A stretch of 64,000 bases of DNA from Candidatus Aenigmatarchaeota archaeon (GTDB lineage Archaea > Aenigmatarchaeota > Aenigmatarchaeia > CG10238-14 > SCSR01), in the NCBI GenBank assembly GCA_038998625.1, contig JAWADS010000001.1, forward strand, positions 1 through 64,000. Direction: 5' to 3'. This document shows, piece by piece, positions 11,226 to 21,569 of this stretch. Each line of letters opens with the position of its first letter. The first letter of the stretch is position 1. A program made the position numbers and the translations under genes. Under the pieces are notes generated by a model. The model searched no databases. It was not told the DNA's origin and saw only the letters and a program-made list of their open reading frames with translations.

Positions 11226-11861
11226 ATGGAGATAATTTATAGGGGAGCAGAGAGTATAATTTATCTTGATGATTTTGAGGGACAAAGAGTAGTTGTAAAG
11301 GAGAGAATAAAGAAGAGTTATAGAATAAAACAAATTGATGAAAAGTTAAGAAAGTTAAGAACACGGAAGGAAGCTAAACTTTTAACTGAAGCTAGAAAAT
11401 GTAATGTTGCTACGCCAAAAATTCTTGATGTAGATGAAAAAAATCATAAAATTATTATGGAGTTTATCGATGGAATGAGAATTAAAGAATTTCTAGAAAA
11501 TTATTCGGAAAAAGATATAAAAGATATAAAAACAATTTTCGTTGAGATTGGCAAAAGTATAGGTAAACTACATTCAAATAAAATAATTCATGGAGATATC
11601 ACAACTTCAAACATGATATTAAGAGATTCAAAAATTTATTTCATTGATTTTGGGTTGGGGGAATTTTCTAATCGAATTGAGGACATGGCTGTTGATTTAA
11701 ACTTGCTTTATGAAGCCCTACGCGCAACTCATTATAAAATTTTAGATTTTGCTTGGCAATTTATAATAAAAGGATATAAGGAAGAATATAAAGATGCAGA
11801 AAAGGTTTTGAAACAAATGGAAGAAATAGAAAAAAGAGCAAGATATATGGAAAGAAGTTAA
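11226..11861 (+). CDS. bud32: KEOPS complex kinase Bud32
   Basis: GAES, KER..KSYR, HGDITTSN, IDFGL, C-terminal RARY. Confidence 0.93.
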   Translation: MEIIYRGAESIIYLDDFEGQRVVVKERIKKSYRIKQIDEKLRKLRTRKEAKLLTEARKCNVATPKILDVDEKNHKIIMEFIDGMRIKEFLENYSEKDIKDIKTIFVEIGKSIGKLHSNKIIHGDITTSNMILRDSKIYFIDFGLGEFSNRIEDMAVDLNLLYEALRATHYKILDFAWQFIIKGYKEEYKDAEKVLKQMEEIEKRARYMERS

Positions 11862-11900
11862 AATTTAAATTAGTTCAATTTCATTTCAATTTGTGGTATT

Positions 11901-12137
11901 ATGAAGGGGATAAAACTTCCAAGTCTGAAAGGAAAAGATAAATATGAAACATGGGAAAATTACACAATTCTATTTATTCTTGTAGGGGCAGTTATATTAT
12001 CTTCAGGTATTGGCCTTACCGCTATTTCTCAAAAAGGAGTACCAGCTATATTGGCAATATTTGGCTCTTTCATAACCTTTATTTCTACTATTGTTTTAAT
12101 CCTAATATGGTTGGTAAAAAGTTTTAAGGGTGAGTAG
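11901..12137 (+). CDS. Small two-TM hypothetical protein
   Basis: 78 aa, two hydrophobic helices, abuts rps15. Confidence 0.6.
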   Translation: MKGIKLPSLKGKDKYETWENYTILFILVGAVILSSGIGLTAISQKGVPAILAIFGSFITFISTIVLILIWLVKSFKGE

Positions 12138-12599
12138 ATGGCCCGCATGTATTCTAGAAAGCATGGTAGGCATGGTAGTAAGAGACCTCCAATAAAAATT
12201 GTGCCAAAGTGGCTTAAAATTTCAAAAAAAGAAGTGGAGGATTTAGTTGTAAAGCTTGCTAAGGAAAAATATAGCTCTGCAGTTATAGGTCAAATTTTAA
12301 GGGATAGATATGGAATACCTGATGTGAAAACTATAACAGGCAAATCCATAACACAAATAATGAGGGAAAATAATCTTTATCCAGAATTTCCAGAAGATTT
12401 AATGAATTTATTTAAAAAGGCAGTGAGACTTAAGGAACACTTATCTAGGCATAAAAAAGACAAAACCTCTAAAAAAGGTTTTGAAAATTTGGAGTCTAAG
12501 ATTCGTAGATTAATTAAATACTACACTAGGGAAGGAAAGCTGCCAAAGAATTTTGTCTATGATATAGAGAAAATAAAATTAATGCTTCAAAAGGGATGA
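12138..12599 (+). CDS. rps15: 30S ribosomal protein S15 (uS15)
   Basis: MARMYSRKHG..GSKRP, LRDRYGIPDVK, ESKIRRLIKYY. Confidence 0.97.
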   Translation: MARMYSRKHGRHGSKRPPIKIVPKWLKISKKEVEDLVVKLAKEKYSSAVIGQILRDRYGIPDVKTITGKSITQIMRENNLYPEFPEDLMNLFKKAVRLKEHLSRHKKDKTSKKGFENLESKIRRLIKYYTREGKLPKNFVYDIEKIKLMLQKG

Positions 12600-12602
12600 A
12601 TT

Positions 12603-13979
12603 TTGTTTTTGGATGAGATATCAAGATTAGCTAAGATTACAAAATCCATTGTTAGAGAAAAAACTGTTAAGATTTTTTCCCATTATGATGCTGATGGCAT
12701 AATAAGTGCATCTATTCTTTCAAAAATGTTTATTAGGGAAGGAATAAATTTTCAATTAAGAATTTTAAAACAATTAACAAAAGAATTTGTTGATGAAATT
12801 GTTGTCAATAAAAATGATTTTTTAATTTTTACTGATTTTGGAAGCGGTCAAATAAATCTATTGAAGAAATTTTTTGATATAACACAAGTTTTAATTATCG
12901 ACCATCATCAGCCTATTAATTTTCATCATATAAATTTGTTTCATTTAAACCCTATTTTATTCAATGATGAAGAAGTTCCATCATCAATAATAAGTTATTT
13001 ATTTGCTAAGTTTTTCGATAAGAGAAATATAGATTTGGTAGATTTAGCTGTAGTTGGTGCTATAGCTGATGAACATGAAAATGATTTGGAAATGAAAAGT
13101 TTTACAAAAAAAGTTTTTGATGAGGCTGAAGCTATTGGTAAGCTTTCTATAACAAAGGGTTTAAGATTTTATGGAAGAAATAGACCTATACACAAATCTT
13201 TAGCCTTATCTTTCGATCCCTTTATTCCAGACATTTCTGGTTCTGAATCGCAAGCAGTGCAATTTTTATCAGAGATTAACATTCCCATTTTGAATGGAAG
13301 CGAAGTCAGAACTTTGAAAGATCTAACACTAGAAGAGCAACAAAGGCTTGCGAGTGCCATAATTTCTGAAAGGATGAAGTTGGAGGAAAACGTGGAAGAT
13401 ATTTTTGGTAATATATATACTTTGATTGGTAAGCCTGAAGAAATACAAGATGCAAGAGAATTTGGAACTCTAATTAATGCTTGTGGTAGAACAGGAAATT
13501 TTTTAGTAGCTTTTAAATTGTGTTTGGGAGAGTATTCATCTTTAGAAGAGTGTTTTGAGATTCTTGATAAATATAGAAAAATGATTAGTGATGCTTTGAA
13601 TCTCTTAAAGGAAGAAAAGGAGATTGTAATAGAAACTGATTATGCTAAGTTTATATTCGGAGAAACAAAAATCCCCGATACTATTATAGGAACTATTACA
13701 TCCATTATTATCAATTCAAATTTATTTGGATTAGAAAAACCTATTTTTGGTTTTGCTGATACAACAAATAATATGGTTAAAGTTTCAGCCAGAGCGCCAA
13801 AAATAATGGAAAATTTGAATTTGGGGAATATTTTAAGAAAAGCTGCACAATATGTTAATGGTGAAGCTGGGGGCCATATAAAAGCAGCAGGGGCCTTAAT
13901 ACCAAAAGAAAATCAAGAAAAATTTATTCATATCATTAATACTTTGCTGGGTGAAGCATTTGGTGATAAAAAAGGCTAA
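12603..13979 (+). CDS. RecJ-like DHH phosphoesterase (GAN/Cdc45-like)
   Basis: HYDADG, DFG, IDHH, GAIAD and DHHA1 GGH motifs; usual position between rps15 and rps3ae. Confidence 0.9.
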   Translation: MFLDEISRLAKITKSIVREKTVKIFSHYDADGIISASILSKMFIREGINFQLRILKQLTKEFVDEIVVNKNDFLIFTDFGSGQINLLKKFFDITQVLIIDHHQPINFHHINLFHLNPILFNDEEVPSSIISYLFAKFFDKRNIDLVDLAVVGAIADEHENDLEMKSFTKKVFDEAEAIGKLSITKGLRFYGRNRPIHKSLALSFDPFIPDISGSESQAVQFLSEINIPILNGSEVRTLKDLTLEEQQRLASAIISERMKLEENVEDIFGNIYTLIGKPEEIQDAREFGTLINACGRTGNFLVAFKLCLGEYSSLEECFEILDKYRKMISDALNLLKEEKEIVIETDYAKFIFGETKIPDTIIGTITSIIINSNLFGLEKPIFGFADTTNNMVKVSARAPKIMENLNLGNILRKAAQYVNGEAGGHIKAAGALIPKENQEKFIHIINTLLGEAFGDKKG

Positions 13980-14517
13980 AGCCAAAGAATGGTTCACAAT
14001 TATTTCTCCAGATTTTTTTGGAAGGAAAGAAATAGGCAAAACTCTAAGTTCTGATCCGCAGTTGTTAATAGGGAGGAGGATTAGTGTAAGTGCTGTGGAG
14101 CTAACTAATGATATAAACAAGTATTACATAAAATTAATTTTTAAAATTACTCAAGTAGATGGTAAAACTGCTTTAACAGAATTTGATGGGTCAGAGTGCT
14201 TACGAGACTATATTTCTAGAATGGTGGTGAGAAGAGTTAGAAGAGTTGATACAATCCAAGACTTAATCACAAAAGATGGAAAAAAAATAAGGGTGAAAGG
14301 CATTGCTATTATACCCAGAAGGGTAAAGAGTAGCATTCAAAGAGCTATAGCTAATAAAATAAAGGAAATGATTTCAAATCTTGTTTCCAACACAACTTTA
14401 CAAGATTTTGTTTTAAAAATGTTAAGCGATGAATTTAAAAATAGAGTAATACAAGAAGCAAGGAAAATTTATCCTGTTAGGCATTTCGAATTTAGGAAAA
14501 TTGAAAGGCTTGGTTAA
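13951..14517 (+). CDS. rps3ae: 30S ribosomal protein S3Ae (eS1)
   Basis: KEWFTI, LIGRRI, RDYISRMVVRR, KIYPVR..EFRK. Confidence 0.95.
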   Translation: MKHLVIKKAKAKEWFTIISPDFFGRKEIGKTLSSDPQLLIGRRISVSAVELTNDINKYYIKLIFKITQVDGKTALTEFDGSECLRDYISRMVVRRVRRVDTIQDLITKDGKKIRVKGIAIIPRRVKSSIQRAIANKIKEMISNLVSNTTLQDFVLKMLSDEFKNRVIQEARKIYPVRHFEFRKIERLG

Positions 14518-15695
14518 AAAATTTTAATGATATAAGGACCAACAATGGAGAATATTAAAAGGCCAACAACTAAAACAGAAACTAAAGAAACTATTAAGTT
14601 CTGATGTTTTTTACTAATTTTCTCAATTATTGATTTAAAAACATGCCCACCATCCAAAGGATAAATGGGTAAAATGTTTATAGTAGCTACAGCAAAACTT
14701 AATATCCACATCCAAGTCAATAATGGAATTAAAAATTCAAAGAAAAATTTTTCATCCATCTTCACCACAGGCTTCAAAGTAACACCAACATAAGGTCTGG
14801 TTATATTGTTATGGCTAATCTCAATTGGTATTACGCTATAATTTTTTTCATTGACTGTTAGTACGATTTCTTCACCTGCTTTTATTTTTTCCAAATATTT
14901 TAAGAGGTAAGTTCCGCTTAGATAATCATTATAAGTGACTTTTATTTTCTCCCCATTTATATGGGTTAAAGTTGAGTTGGCTGGAATACCTGCTTTATAT
15001 GCCGGAGCCGTTTCATTTAAGCTGGTTATATAAAGTCCATCAGAAACGAAAAAAGGCCAAATAAAATTGGGTATTAGTCCAGTATTAAGAAAGGGTGTAA
15101 ACAGCAACAAAGAAACTAAGAAATTGGCAAAACTTCCAGCAACAAAAATTCTTAATTTTTTAATGATTCTTAATTTTTTGACTTGGTTTTCATTTGGTTC
15201 CACAAAAGCACCAGGGAATATAGCAAGCAAAAAAACTCCAAAAGATTTAATTTTAACTTTTTCAACCCTTGCCATTATTCCATGGAAAATTTCATGGGGT
15301 AGCATTATAACTGGAAGAATAATTATCCAAATCCAAAATGGCAAGCCTATGAATCCTGGTCCTAAAATTGTAGTTTTAGTTGGTGATGGTAAAACTATTC
15401 CGCCCACTGGCCCTACAATTTCACCAAGAATTATTTTCCTAGAAAATTCAATTAAACTAATTAATCCAATGCTCATTAAAAATATTGCAACAAAAATTCC
15501 TAATGTCCCTACAATCTTCCAAAATTTAGGATATTTAGCTAATTCATCCAAAATTTTTATTCCTTTTTTTGTTTTGCGCATTATTAATAGGTATTTTATT
15601 TCTAGGTTTTTCCTGTCTATATAAATAATTGCCGCTAAAATTAAAACAAAAATTATCACAGACCATGAATAGATATCAACGCTTTCGAAAGCCAT
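14514..15695 (-). CDS. Site-2 protease (M50) with PDZ domain
   Basis: HEIFH, GAFVEP, NILPIYPLDGG; PDZ-like PAYKAGI segment. Confidence 0.9.
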   Translation of the reverse strand: MAFESVDIYSWSVIIFVLILAAIIYIDRKNLEIKYLLIMRKTKKGIKILDELAKYPKFWKIVGTLGIFVAIFLMSIGLISLIEFSRKIILGEIVGPVGGIVLPSPTKTTILGPGFIGLPFWIWIIILPVIMLPHEIFHGIMARVEKVKIKSFGVFLLAIFPGAFVEPNENQVKKLRIIKKLRIFVAGSFANFLVSLLLFTPFLNTGLIPNFIWPFFVSDGLYITSLNETAPAYKAGIPANSTLTHINGEKIKVTYNDYLSGTYLLKYLEKIKAGEEIVLTVNEKNYSVIPIEISHNNITRPYVGVTLKPVVKMDEKFFFEFLIPLLTWMWILSFAVATINILPIYPLDGGHVFKSIIEKISKKHQNLIVSLVSVLVVGLLIFSIVGPYIIKIF

Positions 15696-15799
15696 ACATT
15701 AAAATTATTTTTATTTTTTAAAAATCATGCTCTTTTAATAATTCTAGAATATTGTTAAAAACTATAGTCAGATTCACATAATTTAATGCAACTTGAACT

Positions 15800-16564
15800 T
15801 CATTTTTCTACTTCAAAATCTATACAAACCTTAAATTTTCTTGGAGCATATGGTAAAACAATATTTTTTTTAATAATTTTAAAATTTTTAATTTTTTTAC
15901 TAATTTTTTTGATTGTTTCGTTAAAATCTTCTGAATCAATGGAATAAAAATGAATTATTCCTTTTTCTTTCAAACAATTTAAAGCCGAATCCAAAAATTT
16001 TTCGGCTTCTAATGGTAACGGCATTATTACTCTATCACAAATTTTAAAGAAATCCTTTGCCTTTTCCTTCACATCTCCAAGGACAGGTAAAACTAAATGG
16101 GAAATTTTATTTATCCTTATGTTTTCCTCCATATAATAAAAAGCATCTGGATTTATTTCAATTCCAATAATCTTTTTAACCTTAGGTTGTTTTTTTGCTA
16201 TTGCTACAGCTTGTGCTCCAATTCCTGCAAAAAATAACATAACAATTTCATTTTCTTTGACTTGAGAAGCAATTCTTTGTCTTTCTGTCGCTTCCCTAGG
16301 TGAAAAATAAACTTTTTTAGGATCTAATCTAAGGAAATAACCATATTCTTTATGAACAACTTCAGTATTTTTTTCACCAGCAATTAATTTCAATTCCCAA
16401 AGTCTGTATTCCCCCTTTCTCTTTGACATTTTTTTCAAAACACTTTTAACATTTTTGTTTTTTGTCATAATTTCTTTAGCTATTTCTTTTTCGTCAACCC
16501 CTTCTGGAATTTCAACTATAGCTACAGCCTTTTCTTTCGAGCCAATTATATCAAAACCAGGCAT
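15800..16564 (-). CDS. Trm5/Taw2-family tRNA methyltransferase
   Basis: FDIIG, HKEYG, KVYFSPR..ERQR, FAGIG, EINP, DRVIMPLP. Confidence 0.85.
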   Translation of the reverse strand: MPGFDIIGSKEKAVAIVEIPEGVDEKEIAKEIMTKNKNVKSVLKKMSKRKGEYRLWELKLIAGEKNTEVVHKEYGYFLRLDPKKVYFSPREATERQRIASQVKENEIVMLFFAGIGAQAVAIAKKQPKVKKIIGIEINPDAFYYMEENIRINKISHLVLPVLGDVKEKAKDFFKICDRVIMPLPLEAEKFLDSALNCLKEKGIIHFYSIDSEDFNETIKKISKKIKNFKIIKKNIVLPYAPRKFKVCIDFEVEK

Positions 16565-16568
16565 GGCA

Positions 16569-16998
16569 TCACCTTACAAGAATTGCAATAATTGTTTTGT
16601 CATCATTGTATGATTGAGGTTTTTCGTTAATGAGATACTGTTAATTTTTTTATTTTATTTTCTTCTATTAAAAAGAGGGAGCTATCGCCAATATGCGCCA
16701 TTTCTAAATTATTATTTTTAATATTTACTGCAGTCAAAGTTGTATAACCAATTTTTGGGTTTTTCTTTTTTTCTTCTATAATTTTTATATTGGTTTTTTT
16801 AATTGCTTCATGCAAGTTGTTTTTAAAAAATTTATTAAGATAATTTAAAGATTTGATGGCCGCTTCTCTTCCTCCAGGGGGATTTGATACTCCGTCTGCT
16901 ACAGCAAACAAATTTTTTCTTTTATTTATTAAGAAAGCATCTTCATTTTCTTTATGGTCTTTTCCTTTAACTGATTTACCGTAAATTTGAAGTTTCAA
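16569..16998 (-). pseudogene. PP2C/PPM-family phosphatase with internal deletion and frameshift
   Basis: NEDA, VADG and HIGDS motifs, then a stop after LTVSH. The terminal DDKTIIAI motif follows immediately in another frame; the central SDG region is missing. Confidence 0.7.
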
Positions 16999-17063
16999 AA
17001 CAATCCCGGAAATATTTTGTTAATATTTATTTTTATTTTAAGATTAGGATATCTTAGATAGAT

Positions 17064-17819
17064 ATGTTAACCTTTATTGGTCTTGGCCTTTTCGATGAAA
17101 AAGATATTAGTTTGAGGTCTATAGAGGAAGCAAAGAAAGCAGATAAAATTTACATCGAGCTTTATACTAGCAAATGGTTTGGTAGTTTAGAAAATTTGGA
17201 AAAAATTGTTGGCAAAAAAATAATTGTTGCTAAGAGAAGTGATTTGGAAGAAAATTCTGAAAAAATTTTAGAAGAGGCAAAAAAATCAAAAATTATAATA
17301 TTTGTTTTGGGCGATCCTTTAGTAGCCACTACCCACTCTTCTTTAATTTTAGAAGCAAGGAAAAGGGGTATAAAAACCAAAATAATTCATAATGCATCAA
17401 TTATTTCAGCCATAGGTGAAACTGGTTTACATTTACAAAAATTTGGTCCTTATGTTACTATTCCTTTTCCTGAAAGGACAAAAGGTAAATTGCCAGAGTC
17501 AATCTATGATGTAATTAAAATGAATAAAATTAGAGGCTTGCATACCCTTTGTCTTTTAGATATAAATGAAAATAAAGTTATGAACCCAAAGGAAGCTATT
17601 AAAATTTTGTTGGATTTAGAAAATTTGAAAAAAGAAAATTTGATTACCAAAGATTCAAAAATTATAGTTTTATCTAAGGCAGGAAGCGATGACTCAAAAA
17701 TTGTTTTTAACACAATAAAAAACCTTCAAAGAATGGAAATAAATACCCCAGCAGTTTTAATTATTCCAGGAAAATTGCATTTTACTGAAGAAGAATTCCT
17801 CTCTTCGTTTAAAATATAA
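17064..17819 (+). CDS. dph5: Diphthine synthase
   Basis: LTFIGLGL, ELYTS, GDPLVATTH, HNASI, GLHTLCLLDI, LHFTE. Confidence 0.95.
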   Translation: MLTFIGLGLFDEKDISLRSIEEAKKADKIYIELYTSKWFGSLENLEKIVGKKIIVAKRSDLEENSEKILEEAKKSKIIIFVLGDPLVATTHSSLILEARKRGIKTKIIHNASIISAIGETGLHLQKFGPYVTIPFPERTKGKLPESIYDVIKMNKIRGLHTLCLLDINENKVMNPKEAIKILLDLENLKKENLITKDSKIIVLSKAGSDDSKIVFNTIKNLQRMEINTPAVLIIPGKLHFTEEEFLSSFKI

Positions 17820-17821
17820 AT

Positions 17822-18367
17822 TTATTCACTCCTCCTAATAACACTAGCAGCTATAATTATCAGTACAATAAAAATCAAAACGCCAGAAGCTATAACTATA
17901 ACATCAGCTGGTGTACCTGCTGGTGTCCCTGGGGCAGGTGGTTTAGCAGGTGGTATAAAAACAGCAGTTAGCAAACCAGAAATAACAAAAAGTGTTATTC
18001 CTAAAGCTATCATGGCAAAAAGAACGCTCCTTGTGGTTAATCTTTCAATCAACAATTTCATTAATTCAGGATAGAATATGCTTGCAAGAATAAAACCCAC
18101 AACAAAAATAATGACCCAAATAGTTGCTTGAGTAAAGAAGGTTGATAGAGGAGTGGCTAAGCTTATACCAGAAATAACAGGAAATCCAAAAATCATAAAG
18201 GCTATGGATAGGGCCACTACACCATTTACCACAGGCGACTCACCCAAAATTTTCGATTTTCGAAGCAGAGCGTACATTATGGTAGCTGTTATGATAAAAG
18301 GAAATAAGAAGTCATAAAATCCTAAAGAAATTAATTGTCTTACGACAATTTCAAAAGGCGAGGCCAT
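17822..18367 (-). CDS. Uncharacterised multi-TM protein, paralog 1
   Basis: GFYDFLFPF..YALLRK..ILG..VNG motif shared with neighbours. Confidence 0.8.
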   Translation of the reverse strand: MASPFEIVVRQLISLGFYDFLFPFIITATIMYALLRKSKILGESPVVNGVVALSIAFMIFGFPVISGISLATPLSTFFTQATIWVIIFVVGFILASIFYPELMKLLIERLTTRSVLFAMIALGITLFVISGLLTAVFIPPAKPPAPGTPAGTPADVIVIASGVLIFIVLIIIAASVIRRSE

Positions 18368-18414
18368 TTTTCTCTAAATTAAATTTGTTGTTCAAAAGAT
18401 TTAATTAGTTTATA

Positions 18415-18945
18415 TTAAGTTTTTTCCTTAGGTTCTCTAACAGCATAAAAAATGATCCCGATAAAAAATAATATTACTAGTAAGCCAATAATTTGTTCCA
18501 TATTTATCGACGGCCATCCTTCTGTTATACCAAATATAGCTAACCCACCGGATGTTATGAAAAGAATTAAAGCTGCGGCAACACCAAAAACTATCAGAAT
18601 TGGTTGTAAATATTTAATTGTTATTTCTTCTTTTTGCTTTGTTGTTATAAGGGAAAGTGTTAAAATCGCGCCGAAAATTAGAATTGTTACTAATATTATG
18701 GCAGCCCCCCCGAAAAAGCTAGAAAAGAATCCAGCTAAAGTTATACCTACAGGGGAAAATATTAAGATGTAAAAAGCTGCAATGAAAGCTATGATGGCGT
18801 TAATTCTTTCTGCTTGTGCTGTTTCACCAAACAACTTTACTTTTTGAAGGATTCCGTAAAATAGGGCAAAGGTTAAGACAAAAGGTAAATACAAATCAAA
18901 AAAGCCAAAATTTCTCAAAGTCTCTATCACACTTTCAAGTACCAT
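18415..18945 (-). CDS. Uncharacterised multi-TM protein, paralog 2
   Basis: GFFDLYLPF..YGILQK..LFG..INA. Confidence 0.8.
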   Translation of the reverse strand: MVLESVIETLRNFGFFDLYLPFVLTFALFYGILQKVKLFGETAQAERINAIIAFIAAFYILIFSPVGITLAGFFSSFFGGAAIILVTILIFGAILTLSLITTKQKEEITIKYLQPILIVFGVAAALILFITSGGLAIFGITEGWPSINMEQIIGLLVILFFIGIIFYAVREPKEKT

Positions 18946-18952
18946 TCAACCA

Positions 18953-19501
18953 CTATTTCTTACCAGGAATTACTATGGCAGCAACTAAAACAACTAACAA
19001 AGCTATAGATATTATACCAATAATAACATCTTGAGGCAGCTCTAATGATATGCCTTGTGGGAAGAAAGCCGAAGATAAGCCACTGGAGAAAAGAATACCA
19101 ATTCCACCAAAAACAACAGCTACAATTACAACACCAAACAATTTACCTCCTAGTTTTTCGCTAAAGAATTTTCCTACATTTTCAGGCAGAAAAGCTCCAG
19201 CTATAATTATGCTAACCGCAACTGTTAGAACGGCCACTAAACTTTGGAACATAAAGGCAGCTAATTGCTTTTCTATGCTAACCCCAGCTAAGATAGGATA
19301 GCTAAAAACCATAAAAGCAGCTATCAGGGCTACTATTGCATTTACAGCAACGTTTTGTTCTGGTGGCCCAAAAATTTGAGATTTTCTTAACAAGCCGTAG
19401 AAAACAGCTGATGTGAGCATAAAGGGTAGCAAAAATTGGAAAGCTCCCAAATCTCTTAGTCTAAGTATAACTGTTTCAAGTGGCGATACAAATAATATCA
19501 T
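18953..19501 (-). CDS. Uncharacterised multi-TM protein, paralog 3
   Basis: GAFQFLLPF..YGLLRK..IFG..VNA. Confidence 0.8.
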   Translation of the reverse strand: MILFVSPLETVILRLRDLGAFQFLLPFMLTSAVFYGLLRKSQIFGPPEQNVAVNAIVALIAAFMVFSYPILAGVSIEKQLAAFMFQSLVAVLTVAVSIIIAGAFLPENVGKFFSEKLGGKLFGVVIVAVVFGGIGILFSSGLSSAFFPQGISLELPQDVIIGIISIALLVVLVAAIVIPGKK

Positions 19502-19531
19502 AATTAGAATTTGGTAAAAAAACGATATAAA

Positions 19532-19993
19532 CTATTTCTCCATTATGGTTTCTAATACTTTTATTTTTTCTTCAAGCTCTTTTTTCTCTTTTAGCAAATT
19601 TTCAACTTTTATCTTTTCCTCTTTTTTTACAGCTTCTTCTAACTCTTCTAATACTTTTGAATACCTTTCTCTCAGCATGTCTAATGTTGGTTTCTTTTCT
19701 ATAATCTTACTTCTCTTATACACCTGAGCAGAAATACCAAGAATAAATAAGGACAGGAATGCAGTTATAGCAAAAAAAGCTCCTAGCTGAGTTATAAAAC
19801 CGGCAAAAAATGTAAAAAGGGCTGTAGATGCAAAAAGTGTAGTAAAAGTTAATGCTAAAAATAGATTTATCCTTCTGTTAAAAATTTTCATTCTTTCAAA
19901 AATTCCATATGAAATGAGAAAAACTATGGCAAAAGGGATAAAAAAATTAAATAAAAAATCCCTGAATTCTAAGCCTAAAATTTCCAAAGCCAT
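19532..19993 (-). CDS. Uncharacterised membrane protein with C-terminal coiled coil, paralog 4
   Basis: FFIPFAIVFLISYGIFERMKIF..IN; E/K-rich tail. Confidence 0.75.
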   Translation of the reverse strand: MALEILGLEFRDFLFNFFIPFAIVFLISYGIFERMKIFNRRINLFLALTFTTLFASTALFTFFAGFITQLGAFFAITAFLSLFILGISAQVYKRSKIIEKKPTLDMLRERYSKVLEELEEAVKKEEKIKVENLLKEKKELEEKIKVLETIMEK

Positions 19994-20016
19994 TATTAAA
20001 ATTTGTTTTTTTTTCT

Positions 20017-20832
20017 TTATTTTACTTCTTCTCTCAACTCTCCTCTTAACACATCTCTTCTTGCTCTTAGGGCTGCTAAAGTTTCTTGTATCTTAGGTAT
20101 ATCTTCAGGTTTAGCCTCTTTTAAAGCTCTTTCTAATTTGGCAATCTCACTATTTATCCTTCTCAATTCATCTGTTATCGTCCGCACAATCTCTACTCTA
20201 CCATATGCAACACTAACACCTCTATAAGCTAGGAAAAATGCACTAAGAATAAACATTGCAACAAACAAAAGCACAGCATAGAATCCTAAAAAGACAGCAA
20301 ACATCACATTAATGAATTTTGCAAATAAACCAAATGGAATTGTAAGAAATGTTACAAGAAAAGCTATTGTTCTAGCAAGGTTTGGAGATGCTGGAAACAA
20401 ACGCAATTCTTTTAGAAAGGCATAAACTAAAATAAAGATTACAGCAAATGGAATTAAAACTAAGTAAATAAATGCCGGCAACCACAACCAATCTCTAGAT
20501 ATGCCTAATATTTCAAAAATAGTCACCACTATTTCAGGTAATTCGAATCTTCTCCAGTCACTTGGAACATTAAAGGTTATACCTGAAAATGAGGGGAAAA
20601 GGAAAACTATAAGTAAAAACAGGGCAAATAATATCATTCCAATTGGCAATCCTATTTTCGGGCCTTTAATTCCTATAAATAAGAAAAGAATGATTAATAC
20701 AAAAATTATTATAGTCAGAAGGGCTATACTTATTTCAAATCCTCCAATATTAATTTCTTGTGCTAAAGCTAATTGGGGCAGCAATAAAATAAAAGTAAAA
20801 ACTGTTAATAGAAATTTTTTCATATACCTCAT
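20017..20832 (-). CDS. Uncharacterised membrane protein with C-terminal coiled coil, paralog 5
   Basis: Signal-like N-terminus (ALA-QE), LIPFAVIFILVYAFLKELRLF, heptad tail. Confidence 0.75.
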   Translation of the reverse strand: MRYMKKFLLTVFTFILLLPQLALAQEINIGGFEISIALLTIIIFVLIILFLFIGIKGPKIGLPIGMILFALFLLIVFLFPSFSGITFNVPSDWRRFELPEIVVTIFEILGISRDWLWLPAFIYLVLIPFAVIFILVYAFLKELRLFPASPNLARTIAFLVTFLTIPFGLFAKFINVMFAVFLGFYAVLLFVAMFILSAFFLAYRGVSVAYGRVEIVRTITDELRRINSEIAKLERALKEAKPEDIPKIQETLAALRARRDVLRGELREEVK

Positions 20833-21076
20833 AATTTTATTAGTTTTTTAACTTTTTAAATAAATTAAAATTTTAGAAGCAATACCGATAAACTGAAGAC
20901 TTTAGAGATTTATAGGTAAAATAACTTTAAATCCTACATTATTTTTAAGATTAATGCATCAACATGGATATGAAGATAAAATAAAATTGAGCAACATATA
21001 CTTAAAAGGTCAATGAGACGTTTTTTTAACGCTAAGCTTAGATTCAGATGAAAGATTAAGATATTGTGAAACCCGA

Positions 21077-21520
21077 ATGCACCCCAGAGACATTTTTAAT
21101 ATTTTATTAATCATTATTAGAAGAGTAGTAAGTGGAAATGCTATAATACCACCTGTTCGTTTTGGCATAGAAAAAGTGGTATCAAGCAAAACTTCGGAAG
21201 ATTTAAAAAGTTTACCATCTATAGGTAAAACTATGTTAGGGAGGCGTATTTATCCATTTTTCGCAGCATTTAATGCTTTTATAAGAGAGTTATTAAGAGA
21301 AGATGAGATTGAAAGGAGATACTGGGCAGGATATCATATTTCACAAATCGAAAGATTTAAGGAGGAAGGGAAACAAATGATGAGAGATGCAATCAAAGAA
21401 TATGAAAATCTGGGAAATTTTTCAAAGGCATGGTTTTTATATTATAACATGGGTGACTCAGAAAACGCCGATAGGGCTCTTAAACAATATTATCTTAAAA
21501 AATATGATATAGAACCTTAA
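21077..21520 (+). CDS. Hypothetical protein
   Basis: 147-aa ORF, no recognised motif; helical TPR-like end. Confidence 0.5.
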   Translation: MHPRDIFNILLIIIRRVVSGNAIIPPVRFGIEKVVSSKTSEDLKSLPSIGKTMLGRRIYPFFAAFNAFIRELLREDEIERRYWAGYHISQIERFKEEGKQMMRDAIKEYENLGNFSKAWFLYYNMGDSENADRALKQYYLKKYDIEP

Positions 21521-21569
21521 AACTTCTAGCTTTTAATATTTTAAAAAACAATTTAAAAATTAGAGAAAA

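Noticed and set aside
15067..15624. 185-aa plus-strand ORF and the many similar antisense ORFs (for example 6188, 18452, 20501, 44012, 48341)
   Set aside because: They are shadows of well-supported genes on the opposite strand, with no motifs.
21014..21016. Selenocysteine or genetic-code reassignment at an in-frame TGA
   Set aside because: TGA terminates conserved genes here (rps15, alba), and no SECIS or redox motif is evident.
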